Below, piece by piece: positions 51,920-64,000 of a DNA stretch of 64,000 bases. The stretch comes from Basidiobolus meristosporus CBS 931.73 (Eukaryota > Fungi > Basidiobolomycota). The stretch spans positions 62,001 through 126,000 of the forward strand of contig MCFE01000008.1 in NCBI GenBank assembly GCA_002104905.1. The letters run 5' to 3'. Under the pieces are notes generated by a model. It ran no database searches. It saw only the letters and a list, made by a program, of their open reading frames with translations, and had not been told where the DNA came from. The stretch's first letter is position 1. Every line of letters begins with the position of its first letter. The translations under genes were made by a program, and so were the position numbers.

Positions 51920-54900
51920 TGTCATGATCACATGACATCCCTGGTCTCAAATTATCTAGCCAAATCAAGTCAGTAAAGAAATCCCAGTTCCTTCTAGAAA
52001 GTTCAACTACATTCTAGCAACTTCTTGAAAGCTCCAAGTCAATGTTACACAACAAAACATCCTATGGAATCTTCCCATTAGAGTCTATGTAGTCCCATGC
52101 AATGAATGGTACCTACATGGCACATGACCTTGTCACATGATCAGCTGACCCCTGACATATCTCCATGTGATATTCCAGTGTGTTCTTTAGTGTATTCAAT
52201 CTTGACACACTTACTGTGCCTCACCCCAGAACCCCATCAGTATTAGCTAATATCTCTTGGCATCCATATTGCCAAAAGGCATATATAGTCCTATCCCCCT
52301 TATGTATTCCTCAGTCTGATAACACAGGTCTTGAATAAACTGCCTTGCCTTGGAAACACATCTTGCATTTTTGATCTACACCTTAGTCCTTTCCTGGTCC
52401 TGCCTTGCCTAGCTCTACTCTCCTGCCTTGTGTCTATTAATAACAGTTTTATCAGACTGCCCCTGACTTACCTGTGAATTGCTGCCTTCTACCCAAAGTT
52501 ATTGAGAAGAACTTGTAAAGGAATACCTACCATAAGCATCACCTTGAATCTTTCCCTAGTCTTGTCCTCTAAAGGCAAAAATACTTTATCTTTGTAAGAT
52601 TATTGGCCAAAGCTGCATTCACTTTATTACCCTGCTGGTGTAATTTACAGTTGTTACAGTATTGGAAGCTTTAGAACAATCCTCTATCTTAGGACATTAA
52701 AGCCAGCACCTTCTGAAGTGACACCAACTTATTCAAAGTTGGGGATTGTGGCTCAATAATTGTATTCTTGATAAACTAGTGGCTTTATAACACACAAATT
52801 AGCTAGCAATATCCAGTATTCCTGAACAAGACCAAGAGACTTCTCTGCCTCCTGCTACCTTGACATGTCCAGCCCAGAGTATAACTTTGCAAGTCTCATG
52901 GCTGCCTTTGCCCAGCTGCAACAAGACAATGCAGACCTCAGAAGCTCTGTTGCTCAACTCCAGAGCCAAAATGCTCAACAGCCTATCCAGGCTCCCTCCT
53001 ACCATGATCTCAAGAACACTTCCACTACCAAGTTTAGTGGTTCCCAGAATGAATTTCAAGGTTTCATCAATATAGTTAAACACCACTTGTCACTACAACC
53101 CAATTAGTTCTCAACAGATCAAGCAAAAGTTGGTTATATCTCTAACCTGCTGACTGGAACTGCCCAGGAATGGTTCTCCCCTATGGTGGAAACCAACTCC
53201 CCTCTACTCAGCAACTACCATGCCTTCCTCACAGATATGGAGCTAACATTTGGCAACGTTGACCAAGCCAGAACTGCTGCCAACAAGATCAAGAACTTGA
53301 AGCAAGGACAAAGACCTGCATCCATGTATGCTTCTGAATGCTGGCTACTAGCCAGTAATTTGAGCCTGTGGGGTAACGCTGCCCTGATTAGCCAGTTTCA
53401 AGATGGGCTCAATCATCAAGTCAGTGACCTACTTCTCACCCTCCCTGACCCAAACACCTTGGGTGAAGCTATTTATCAAGCAATCCAATATAACAATTGC
53501 CTTTTCCAGAAGAAACAGAAATTCCAACATACTTATCAGCCAACCTCCTTTCCAGTAATCCAGTCATCCAATACTAAGCCTGATGATCCTATGCATACTG
53601 ATAGTGCTAAGTATAAGAAACTCACAAAAGAAGAAAGATCTAGACGTCAGCAGGCAAACCTCTGCCTTTAATGTGGACAGCCAGGCCACTTTGTCAAGTC
53701 ATGTCCTAACAAGAAGTCCAGTTTCAAGCTCCTGCAATCATCCAGTGAACAATTTTCTTCTGAATTATTGGTGTTATGATCTGCCGCTTGAATGTTTAAG
53801 TTATATCAGTTTTTAGTCAAATCAATTAGTATATGTTTAGGTTATCAGTATATCAGTATTATCTATGAAATCAGTAGCATTAGTCAGCAAATGAATCAGC
53901 AGATCCTTATCAGACAGAAATAGATATATTAAGTAGGATCTTATTGGGTGATGATGATGCAATCAAATGAGTCATCAGCCACAACCTACATTGGGAAATA
54001 CAATTAGTCAGCAATTGATCTGGCAAAATGTATATAAGGAGCTGCTGGAACCTCAATAAAAATCAGTTCAAGTTTTAGTGAATACAATACTAGCTAAACT
54101 CCCTATTCCTCTACAACTCTTATACCAAGACTTGTAACATTGGTAGCAGCAATAACCAGAAACCTCCCTCCTGAAGAAAGAAGAAACCACCCTCAAGATG
54201 TCGGACAATCAAGAATGGAAGAATGCCATGCAGCAAATCCTTGCCCAACAGCAGCAGCTACTCCAGATCCTCAGCCAACAGCAACAAGGAATGACTACCA
54301 TAGCTCAGAGCCAGCAAAGCCCTGTCAAGAGCAACTTTAGTGTGAAGGTCAACCGGTACCATGGCAGAGTCAATGAAAACCTGGGAACTTGGCTCTTTCA
54401 GATTGAAGAAGCTTTTAAAGCCAAAGGAATTGCTCCAGAGAGCAAGTTGCATTATGCAGCTTCTTACCTGGCAGATGCAGCTTTACAGTGGTACCACAAC
54501 AAGATCAGGTCAGCCACTACAATGGGATGCTCTACAATCTCTACCTGGGATGAGTTTGTGTTGGAAATTCAGGATGCTTTTGAACCTCCACACCAACAGA
54601 CACTACTGAGAAGGAAGTTAAAGACACTCAGACAAAAAGGAATGGTTCAAGAATACATCAATGAGTACAGATGTCTACTTGGACAAATTGAAAGAATGGA
54701 CCCCCTGGATCAAGTTGAATACTTTATTGATGGGTTGAAAGAAAGAACTTGCAAGCAAGTGAATTATTGAAGACCTCAGACTATCGAAGAAGCCATCAAG
54801 ATTGCCATTGACTATGACTCAGCTATGTTTGGAGTTGGGAAGCCTACAGTGACTAATCAGAAAGGCTATAATCATTATGAAAGAAGACAATCAGAAGCAG

Positions 54901-57900
54901 TACCAATGGAAATAGACGCTATGCAGAAGAATCCCTCCTCAGAAGAATACAAGAAGAGAGGACTTTGCTTCAATTGCCACCAGCGGGGACATATTGCAAA
55001 GTACTGCCCTCAGAGAAGAAATGGACACCAGTCAACAAGAACCTTCAACCATATTGAGTCCCATGAACACAGTAATGTGTAAGATGAGCTTGAAGAAGAC
55101 TTGGAACTCACCTTCCATATGACAGAAGAGTACTTGTCCCAAACGACTTCAAACTCAGGGAAGTTATTGTACTTGAATGGAGTAATCAATGGAGTACCTG
55201 CCAAGATCATGATTGACTCAGGAGCATTGCATGAGTACATGTCAGAGCAATTTGCTTTGAAAGCTGGAATCAACTTGGAACCTACCAAATCAACTTCAGT
55301 TTCCACAGCCAATGGGAACTCCCGCATAATCAACTGTATTACTCAGCCAGTAAGAATGAAGATCAATGACTATGAAGAAGACCTACAGGCTTATATATTT
55401 GGGAACTGCAAGTTTGACCTTGTACTTGGAAAAACCTGGCTATTTTGTTGTAATCCATCAATCAACTGGAGAACCCATGCTACTCAGATCCAAAAAGACA
55501 ACAAGACCTATGAGCTATTACCTGCCATGCTGGATTTCAACTTGGTCAATTCCAGTGTGTGTGAGACAAGTGAACTTAGCAAGACCCAGTTCTGTAGAGC
55601 ACTTAGAAAAGGTACCGAGATGTTCCTCATGGCGGTATTACAGGAGGATTCCTCTACCCTAGCACCCCAGCAGGTCCAGACTCTCTTGAAGAAATATTCA
55701 GATGTGTTCCCAGATGAGCTGTAAGCCTACCACCAGTCAGAGATGTGGATCATGCCATAGACACAGGAGATAGCCCTCCAGTGAGCAAGACACCTTACAG
55801 AATGAGTCCATTAGAATTGGAGGAAATGAAGAGACAAATTGATCAGCTATTGGAGCAAGGATACATCAGGCCCAGCAAGTCACCCTTGGGAGCACCAGTG
55901 CTTTTTGTGAAAAAGAAGGATGGAACACTTAGAATGTGCATTGACTACAGAGCCCTGAACTCAGCTACCGTCAAGAATAAGTACCCCATACCTTGGATTG
56001 ATGAGCTTTTGGACCAACTTAAGGGAGCCACTATTTTCAGCAAGATTGACTTCATGTCAGGATACAACCAGATTAGGGTGACACCAGAAGATATCCCTAA
56101 GACAGCACTCAGGACCAGATATGGACATTACAAGTACTTAGTCATGAGTTTTGGCCTCACTAATGCCCCTGCAACATTCATGACGCTGATGCAGACTGTC
56201 TTTCAGGAGTACTTAGACAAGTTTGTGATAATCTACCTGGATGACATATTGATATACAGCAAGACAGAAAAGGATCGCATGGTGCACATTGAAAAGGTCT
56301 TGAAGAAACTAAGAGAGAACAAGCTATATGGCAAGCTACCCAAGTGTGAATTCTTCAAGGAACACGTAGAATATCTGGGACACATAGTGACTAGCACAGG
56401 AGTAACCTCAGACTCCAAGAAGGTGGAAGTAATCAAGAATTTGAAGCAGCCCCATAGCATATCAGAACTCAGACCATTCCTTGGAATGGTTTCCTATTAT
56501 CAGAGATTTGTCAAGTCATTTGCAAGTATTGCAGCCCCTTTAACTGATATCCTCAAGAAAGACAATACCTACAAGTGGGACATAGCTTGTGAGACTGCCT
56601 TCCAGACGCTAAAGAATGAACTTGCTAAGCTGCCAAGCTTAAGAATACCAGACTTCAGAAAAGAGTTCACTCTGTGCACAGATGCTTCAGATTTTGCAAT
56701 TGGTGGAGTGCTGAGCCAAGAACACAAGGGAAAGGACTACCCTGTTGCCTTTGAATCCAAGAAACTGAACTCAGCAGAACAAAACTATCCAGTCCATGAG
56801 AAGGAGATGCTTGCTATAATACACTGTTTGAAGATATAGAGATGCTGTATTGAAGGAGTCAAATGCACTGTAAAGACAGATCATGCCTCCCTCAAGTATA
56901 TATTTACTCAGAAGGTACTCTCTAGAAGAATGATAAGATAGAGTGAATACATTCAGCAATTTGACCTGGAGATTGTCTACTGTCCAGGAAAAAACAACAT
57001 GGTTGCTGTTGCCTTATCAAGATTAGATCAAGTTGCACAACTCAACTTGGTGCATGAATCAGATTGGCCTAGCCTATTACCAAAGTACTTGGAGGACCAA
57101 GCCATTCCTAATGAGGTGGATGAAGATATCAAGAAGATAATCCGTGATGAAGCCAGCAAATTTGTTGTACAGGATGAAACACTCTACTAAATTGTTGATG
57201 GAAGCCCTATTGCCTATTGTCCTTAAGTTGCTTGCCTGGATCTAATACATAAGCTACACAATGGATATGGACATCTTGGGATTGAAGGAACCTATAGCCT
57301 TGTGAAAGCCAGAGCATGGTGGCCCAGAATGAAACAAGACATTGAGAAGCTAGTGAAAACATGCCCAAACTGCCAAATCAACAAAGGCCAGCCACAAAGA
57401 ATTGCCAAACTCTTCCCTTTGGAGCCTGTAAGACCATTTGAGAGATGGGGAATTGACTTTATTGGAAGACTGCCAACTACCAGGAAATGCAACCGTTGGA
57501 TCCTAGTAGCAATTGACCATGCCATTAAATGGCCAGTTGCTAAAGCTGTACCAATAGCCAGTGAACAAGAAGTTGCAAGTTTCATTTACCATGAGATCCT
57601 GAAGAAGTTTGGATGCCCTGTGGAGATCTTATCCAATAGAGTTGCAAACTTTATGGCAAAAACATCAGAGGCTTACCTGGAAATGCAGCAGATCATACAC
57701 TTGAAAACCTTGGCATATCACCCCAGAACTAATGAAGTCACTGAGCGGTTTAATGGATTATTTGGAAAAATGCTGACCAAGTAAGCAAATGGAGTTGTCA
57801 GTAGATGGGATGAGTATACAGACCAAGCACTCTTTGCATACAGAGTCAGAGTACACAACACCACCCAGCAATCACCATTTTACTTAGTTTATGGATGTGA

Positions 57901-60900
57901 ACCAAGGATTCCAGGAGATCTCACACAACCCAAGCTTACAGATGCCTTAGAAGATGAACTTAGTCAGCCAAGTAGACACCAGCAGCTGGAACAAAGACGT
58001 CAAGAGGCACAGACCAAAGTATCTCAAAGTGCAGAAAAGATGAAGCAGAGATTTGATAAGACTATAGCACCAGAAGCATTGACAGTTGGGAACTTTGTAT
58101 TGCTAAGAAACAACACTTGGAAGAAGTTTGAGCCACAATGGACAGGACCATTCAAGATCATCAGAGAATGTCCATTTGCAACTTACCAACTGGCGGACAA
58201 GCAAGGCAATATCCGGGAAGACATAGTGCATAAGGACAGACTCAAGCTTGCAAGACTTGCTGATTATACCAAACCATCAAGATATTGGTATCACAAGAAA
58301 AGAGATTCAGGAGAACCCTCTCAGCTGTAGTAGGGGAGAATGTTATGATCTGCCGCTTGAATGTTTAAGTTAGATCAGTTTTTAGTCAAATCAATTAGTA
58401 TATGTTTAGGTTATCAGTATATTGTATTATCTATGAAATCAGAAGCATTAGTCAGCAAATGAATCAGCAGATCCTTATCAGACAGAAATAGATATATTAA
58501 GTAGGATCTTATTAGGTGATGATGATGCAATCAAATGAGTCATCAGCCACAACCTACATTAGGAAATACAATTAGTCAGCAATTGATCTGGCAAAATGTA
58601 TATATGGAGCTGCTGGAAGCTCAATAAAAATCAGATCAAGTTTTAGTGAATACAATACTAGCTAAACTCCCTATTCCTCTACAACTCTTATACCAAGACT
58701 TGTAACATTGGGAGACTCCAATGTCCAGTTATAATGAAAGGCTTGCAACTGGACCCTTCAATGAAAGTTCAGCACATTTAAGAAACATCATATGCTACCA
58801 AGCCCATCCAGTCCTTAAGAATGCCTGTCAACATCCACATCCCTGAGTCCAACCCTGTCTGTGTCCTTGCCCTCATAGATTCTGGTGCTTCCTCCTGTTT
58901 CATTGACCAGTCATTTGTCCAGAAGCACAAAATCCCCACTGTCCTGAAATCCTGTCCTGTCCAAGTAGAAGTTATAGATGGAAGGTCCCTCTCTTCCAGT
59001 GCTGTTACCCATGAGACCTGTCTACTCCAGGTGTCCAGTACTGGTCACCATAAGACACTAGCCTTCAACATTATCAACTCTCCCCATTACTCCATAGTCC
59101 TTGGAAGCTCATGGCTAAGTCACCATAACCCAGATATCAACTGGAAGACCAAAATCCTGACATTCCCCAGAATCCACCATGTCAACTCCATGAAACCACC
59201 TGATTTTTCAGGTAAAGAAGTATCCTTTCCTAAGCTACCCCAGACACAGGAGCCCATCATCACTGAAGGAACCCCCTTCAATGGAATACCTGCCAATTAT
59301 CAAGAGTTTGCCCATGTCTTTGACAAGAAGAAAGCCAAACTACTCCCAGCCCATAGACCCTATAATTGTCCCATGAACCTTGAAGATGGAAAAACTCCAC
59401 CTTTTGGTCCTATTTACAACCTCTTACAACCCAAGCTGAAAGAACTCCATGGCTATATTCAAGAAAACCTCCAGAAAGGTTTTTTCAGCACTCTAAGTCC
59501 CCAGCTGGTGCCCCAATCCTCTTTGTCAAAAAAAGGATGGCACCCTAAGAATGTGTGTAGACTACTGTGCACTGAATAAGATCATAATCAAGAACTGGTA
59601 CCCTTTACCCTTGATCAACACCCTGTTGGATCAACTCTCTGCTGCCAAAGTATTTACCAAGATTGACCTCAGAGGAGCATATAACCTTGTCAGGATCAAG
59701 CCTGGTGATGAATGGAAAACTGCACTCAGAACAAGATACAGTCATTTTGAGTCAAAAGTTATGCCATTTGGTCTCACCAATGCCCCAGCAGTCTTTCAAC
59801 ACCTGATGAATGACATCTTCCAAGAATACCTTGACCAATTTGTGGTTATCTACCTTGATGACATCTTGATCTACACCAAGACACAACAAGAACATAATTC
59901 CCATGTCAAGAAAGTCTTGACCAAACTTGCCATAGCTGGCCTCTATGCCAAATTGGAGAAGTATGAGTTTGACCAGAAAGAAGTTGAGTTCTTAGGCTAT
60001 CTTATCAGCTCAAATGGAACAAGAGTGGACCCCAAGAAAGTAGAAGCCATCCAGTCATGAAAACCTCCCGGTTCTGTAAAAGAAGTGCAGTCCTTCCTTG
60101 GATTTGCCAACTTTTATTGTAGATTTTTTGCCAACTACTCCAAGATAGTCACTCCCTTGACAAAGCTCACCCAGAAGAATCTGCCCTTTGCCTGGAATGA
60201 GGAACAGTCCAAGTCCAATAATTCCATCAAGAAGTCCTTCCTATATGCTCCCCTGCTTGCTCACCCTGACCTTGAGAAACCTTTTATCATAGAAACTGAT
60301 GACTCTGACTTTGCACTTGGTGCAATCCTTTCCTAGTACAATGACAAGAATGTACTACATCCTATTGCATTCTACTCCTGGAAATTTACTCCGGCTGAAG
60401 TAGACTATGATATCCATGATAAGGAACTACTTGCAATCATTGTTGCCTTTGAGCAATGGAGACACTACCTTGACAGTGCAGCCCAAAAGATAAAGATCTT
60501 CTGTGACCACAAGAACCTTGAGTACTTTACAACCTCAAAAGTACTAAACCAAAGACAAGCCTGATGGTCCCTCTTCCTATCCAGCTTTGACTTTGTCATC
60601 ACCTAAAGACCAGGAATCAAACAGGGAAAACCTGATGCCCAGTCCAGAAAGGTGGAGTATTCCCTTGAAGAAGGGGATGATGCCTGTTGGCAAATGAAAA
60701 ACCCAGTACTCAACAGAAGACACTTTGAGCTCCTTGCAACCCAGTTGTTCAGTATTATTGCTCCCTCACTCCTTGAGAAAGTCAAGGCCAGCCAAGCCAC
60801 CAGTTCCACAGCCACAACAATCAAGAAATATCTCAAATCCTCCACTGAACCACCACCCAAGTTCCCAAACCTCCAGTACCTACACCTAGTCAATGACATC

Positions 60901-60985
60901 ATCTATCACAAGCACCAACTGTTTGTTCCAGACCTTGATACCCAGTTGGCTATCATCCATTCTTGCCATGACTCAATCCCTATGA
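51920..60985 (+). mobile_element. Ty3/gypsy element of PEG10/sushi(Tf)-like type; 5' LTR 51920-52723; interrupted by the family-B copy; truncated in the integrase zinc-binding region
   Basis: LTR TGTCA...GTGACA; gag KFSG...AQEWF...AANKIKNLKQG...QDGL and a CCHC remnant (52865-53771 + 58712-58734). Pol has [55 protein letters not shown]. No 3' LTR seen. Confidence 0.9.
53772..58707 (+). mobile_element. Ty3/gypsy family B, plus-strand full-length copy with 4-bp TSD TTGG, pseudogenised
   Basis: LTRs 53772-54139 and 58341-58707 (about 9 differences), PBS TGGTAGCAG (tRNA-iMet 3' end-like), PPT TAGGGGAGAA. TTGG at 53768-53771 and 58708-58711; removing the element restores the host gag frame. Confidence 0.97.
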
Positions 60986-61290
60986 AAAATTATTGAGATG
61001 ATCCCATCAAAAGGCCGTCACAAAGTTAATGTCCTGTGACTGAGAGGTACTGATCTTGTCAGGACTCCACCCAGAGACCATTGAAAAACAATTGCACCCC
61101 AGATTTCACAAAAAACTTTGTCAAAATTTTTCATTACAACAATGTATAAGTAGCTTTTGATTGGTTCCCTGCCAATTTGCTCACTTTCTGATCCCGGACA
61201 CTCTATTGCCTCCTATGTTTGTGTGAATTAATTGGCTATTGCCTCTTTTTCACACTCCTTACTTGCTGACTCAGCCGTTTCTCTTACTTT

Positions 61291-63377
61291 TCATGCATAC
61301 AAATTGATTTTTTTCCGTTGAAACTTCAGTTGTACCTCAATTGCCATTTGTATTGACCTATACAAGTCTCTATACCCTACACTAACATTAAGCCCAACCC
61401 CACACTCAACAAATAACTCCATTAAAATCCACCACTGAATAAGTATTTCTGCTGTGACGCTCTGGTTCCACAACTTTGGCAGGAGCCCAACAGCTTTATG
61501 CCACTGTTCATTCACTGGTTCCCACACGTCCTGGTCTTCAGCTGGCACTGCAAGGTCTAGCTCCTCATCTGCCAGTCTTTGCAATAAATCCTTGCAATAT
61601 TCCAGTGCGTTTTCTTGAGCACTGCTCTTGAAGAAGTGCTGCAACCTCTTGGTGTGCCTATTAATGTTCCAAAACTCCACAGAAGGCATTGTGATAGTCT
61701 TTCAAGCTCTTGACATTGTAGCCTTGTCTGTCAGTGGGATCTCCACTCTGTCAACAATGGAGGCTGTGGAGGCTGTGGTAGAAGAATTGCCTTTTTCAGC
61801 AAACTCATCTACCTTGTTGGAGTGTAGCTCAACTGGCTGCACTTCCAACTCTTGTGAAAACAGCTGTTTTCTTGTTGGTAATTCTTCTTGGCTATGAGGG
61901 GATTCAGTCTGTTCCTGGCTTGCAGTGGTAATTGGCAAGAACTGCAGTTTTTTTTGCATGCCTCCCTGTCTCAGGCTTGGGTAGACATTTTTCCCATTAC
62001 CTTTTCCTTTATCACTGCCAGGTCTTTCACTGCTACTTTGTCTGAGTGCTTCTTGTAAAGAACTACGTTTTCTCCTGGATAAATTCTGCTCTGATGCATC
62101 GGTTTTGGCCTGCTTGTCCCTTGCTGGCACTCTTCTGGCAACCTGACATTTCTTTTGAGCTTGTTTTGAGCTCTCAACTGTAGTTGTGACGGACTCCTGC
62201 AAAAGTGACTGGTTTTTATCACTGCCAGGTCCTCCACTGCTACTTTGACTGGGTGCTTCTTGAGTGGTACTACACTTTGTCCTTGATAAATGTTGTGCTG
62301 GTGCATCCATGTCTGCCTGCTCTCCTAAATTGGCACTCTTCCAGCTGCCTGACGTCTCTTTGACGCTTGTCTGGAGCTTTTGGCCCTGCTTGTGACAGGC
62401 TCTTGAGGAAGCTGCTGGTTTTTAGCCATAGCACCCTTGTTCTTCTGCCTTTGATAGTTTCTGCTATTCTTAAGATACTTTCTTAGCATACCAATGCTGG
62501 CCCAAAATCCGTTTGCCCATTTGAATCCAGGATAATGCTCATGGAACAAGTCAAGTGCATTCTGCTTGGCCTTGAGTTCCTGATGGTCCCATGGTATGCT
62601 GGCCTTAAAGTGATGGTGTGCTAGACTTCTGACGGCCTCTTGTATATTAGCCCACTCTTCATTATTGCACTCAACGGCTTCACAGATCTTCAATGTCTTT
62701 TGATTTTTAGGCTTTGGTATAAACACCACATTGTCTCCCTCCCATGCTGTGATAGGTTTTTCTGTGGGCTTTATCTTTGGGCACTGTTGCTGTGCTTCAA
62801 AGACTGTACAGTGTTCCTCTGCTGTTACATCAGGAAATGGCTCAATTCTTGGCTGTGACATTGAGCTACTTGAGTTCCTTCTTTGCAGCAAAGATACTGC
62901 TTTTTCTACCTGGGATATTGATTGCTCTACATGTATTATCTGCTCATCCTGTTTCTGGACTACTTCCTGATTTCTCTGGGCCATTGCATCTATCCTATCT
63001 GCCACTGTACCTAATTGCTTCATCAATGCTTTGGTATGTGCTGACAACATACTTACCAATATGGGTGGTGGTGATGTTATCATGGCCACTTGCTGATCTT
63101 CAACAGAGGGTACTGCATTTGCTACATTCTCATCTGCCTGAGCATGACAGTCAGCTTGTGGCTCCGCAGAGGTTCTCAATTGCCTACTTGACTGAGAGCC
63201 TGAGGAGTCCACATTACTACCTTCAATGGGCACACTGTCCACAGGGCCTTTTTTGGATGTAGCCCCGCTTGTTGTACTGAATGTCAAAGCAAGCTGTTGT
63301 CCAACTGTTCTTCTGTTGCCGTCAGCGGTGGGGTTTGGTTGAGAACCAGACAACTTTGCTTTATTTTTTGGCGGCAT
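61291..63377 (-). pseudogene. Decayed ~695-codon ORF of unknown function, probable accessory gene of a DNA transposon
   Basis: Three track ORFs join through one 1-nt frameshift (~62320) and one in-frame TGA (61702). Contains a coiled coil, a helical W..Q...YPGF..ANGFW...LRKYLKN domain and a 207-bp internal duplication. Confidence 0.65.
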
Positions 63378-63599
63378 ATATATGGAAGTGAGTCAAACCA
63401 AAGGGGAAATAGTGTTACATATACATGTGTATGTGGTGCCACAACTTTATTTATAATGCTTACTATGGCGGGTCATCATTGAATCTTAAATTCATGTAGG
63501 TGCAATGTCTCAAGTACAAGACTGTCTTAAGTTCACATGAGTATTGACCAAAAAGTGATATAATAGCGTTATGTTGTTGAAGGTCAAACTGTTTGCCCC

Positions 63600-64000
63600 A
63601 TGGACAAGACTACTTTGACTTAACGCCGTAAGAGAAGAGAAAAAAGACCATGTGGCTACTGTGGCAAGCCTCTCAGCCATGAAGCACGCAGACAGCATAG
63701 GAAGTATTACAAGGATCACCACCAGTGTTTTGCCACCCAAGTCATATTTGACCATTCATTGGTCACTACTGTACCAACATTATCTTGCCGGCCAGTTGAT
63801 ACTTCTATATTGGCACCTGGCCGTCTTTGTCACCTTGCGCAAACTGAGTTAGGTGAGTTTGTGACGCCTTTAGGCTCACCTCAGCCTTCTGAATATGGCA
63901 TGCAGAGTGCTAGCTCTGACAAAGAAGGTTCATTGATGGATTTTGAGCCTATCTTCCCTAACAACAGTACCACATATGAGCCCGGTCATATCCCTATATG
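63600..64000 (+). pseudogene. 5' part of a divergent ORF with N-terminal CxxC...H zinc-finger-like motif, possibly a CACTA/Plavaka-type transposase
   Basis: ATG at 63600: MDKTTLT*RRKRREKRPCGYCGKPLSHEARRQHRKYY..., one TAA at 63621, then open to the window end. Missed by the ORF track. Confidence 0.45.

Noticed and set aside
54768-57226. Shared in-frame stops as evidence for an alternative genetic code or programmed readthrough
   Set aside because: Host genes end with TAA, TAG and TGA normally. The gag TGA precedes the zinc knuckle and fits CGA-to-TGA decay.

Overview
Eukaryotic (fungal) genomic DNA with two sharply different halves. Positions 1-~25,400 are gene-dense, with short GT-AG introns, CTAAC branch points and normal CpG content. 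They hold 16 genes: EngB-type GTPase (5' partial), mitochondrial carrier, rhomboid-like protein, EMG1, a small mitochondrial-like hypothetical, MNS1, ETF-QO, a MARVEL-like protein, RPL35A/eL33 copy 1, NOP14, an ADF-H+PH protein, GET2, ATG6, a TMEM70-like protein, BUD20 and RPL35A/eL33 copy 2. From ~25,700 to the end the DNA is AT-richer, almost CpG-free and made of nested, decayed transposons. These are a full-length Ty1/copia with a 5-bp TSD plus solo LTRs and fragments, two near-full-length inverted copies of one Ty3/gypsy family, a PEG10/sushi-like Ty3 split by one of them at its -1 frameshift site, three copies of an unclassified (possibly LINE-derived) repeat, a TIR-less 1.2-kb insertion carrying a CCCCTTTA array, and a probable DNA element with two divergent decayed ORFs. 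An early-diverging fungus (Basidiobolus-like) is my inference only. No tRNA, rRNA or CRISPR array could be supported. The best leads are the two gene-converted eL33 genes (shared intronic hairpin, each head-to-head with a ribosome-biogenesis gene), a TpCpG/CpA-biased repeat hypermutation signature, and the TIR-less insertion. All counts are by eye.
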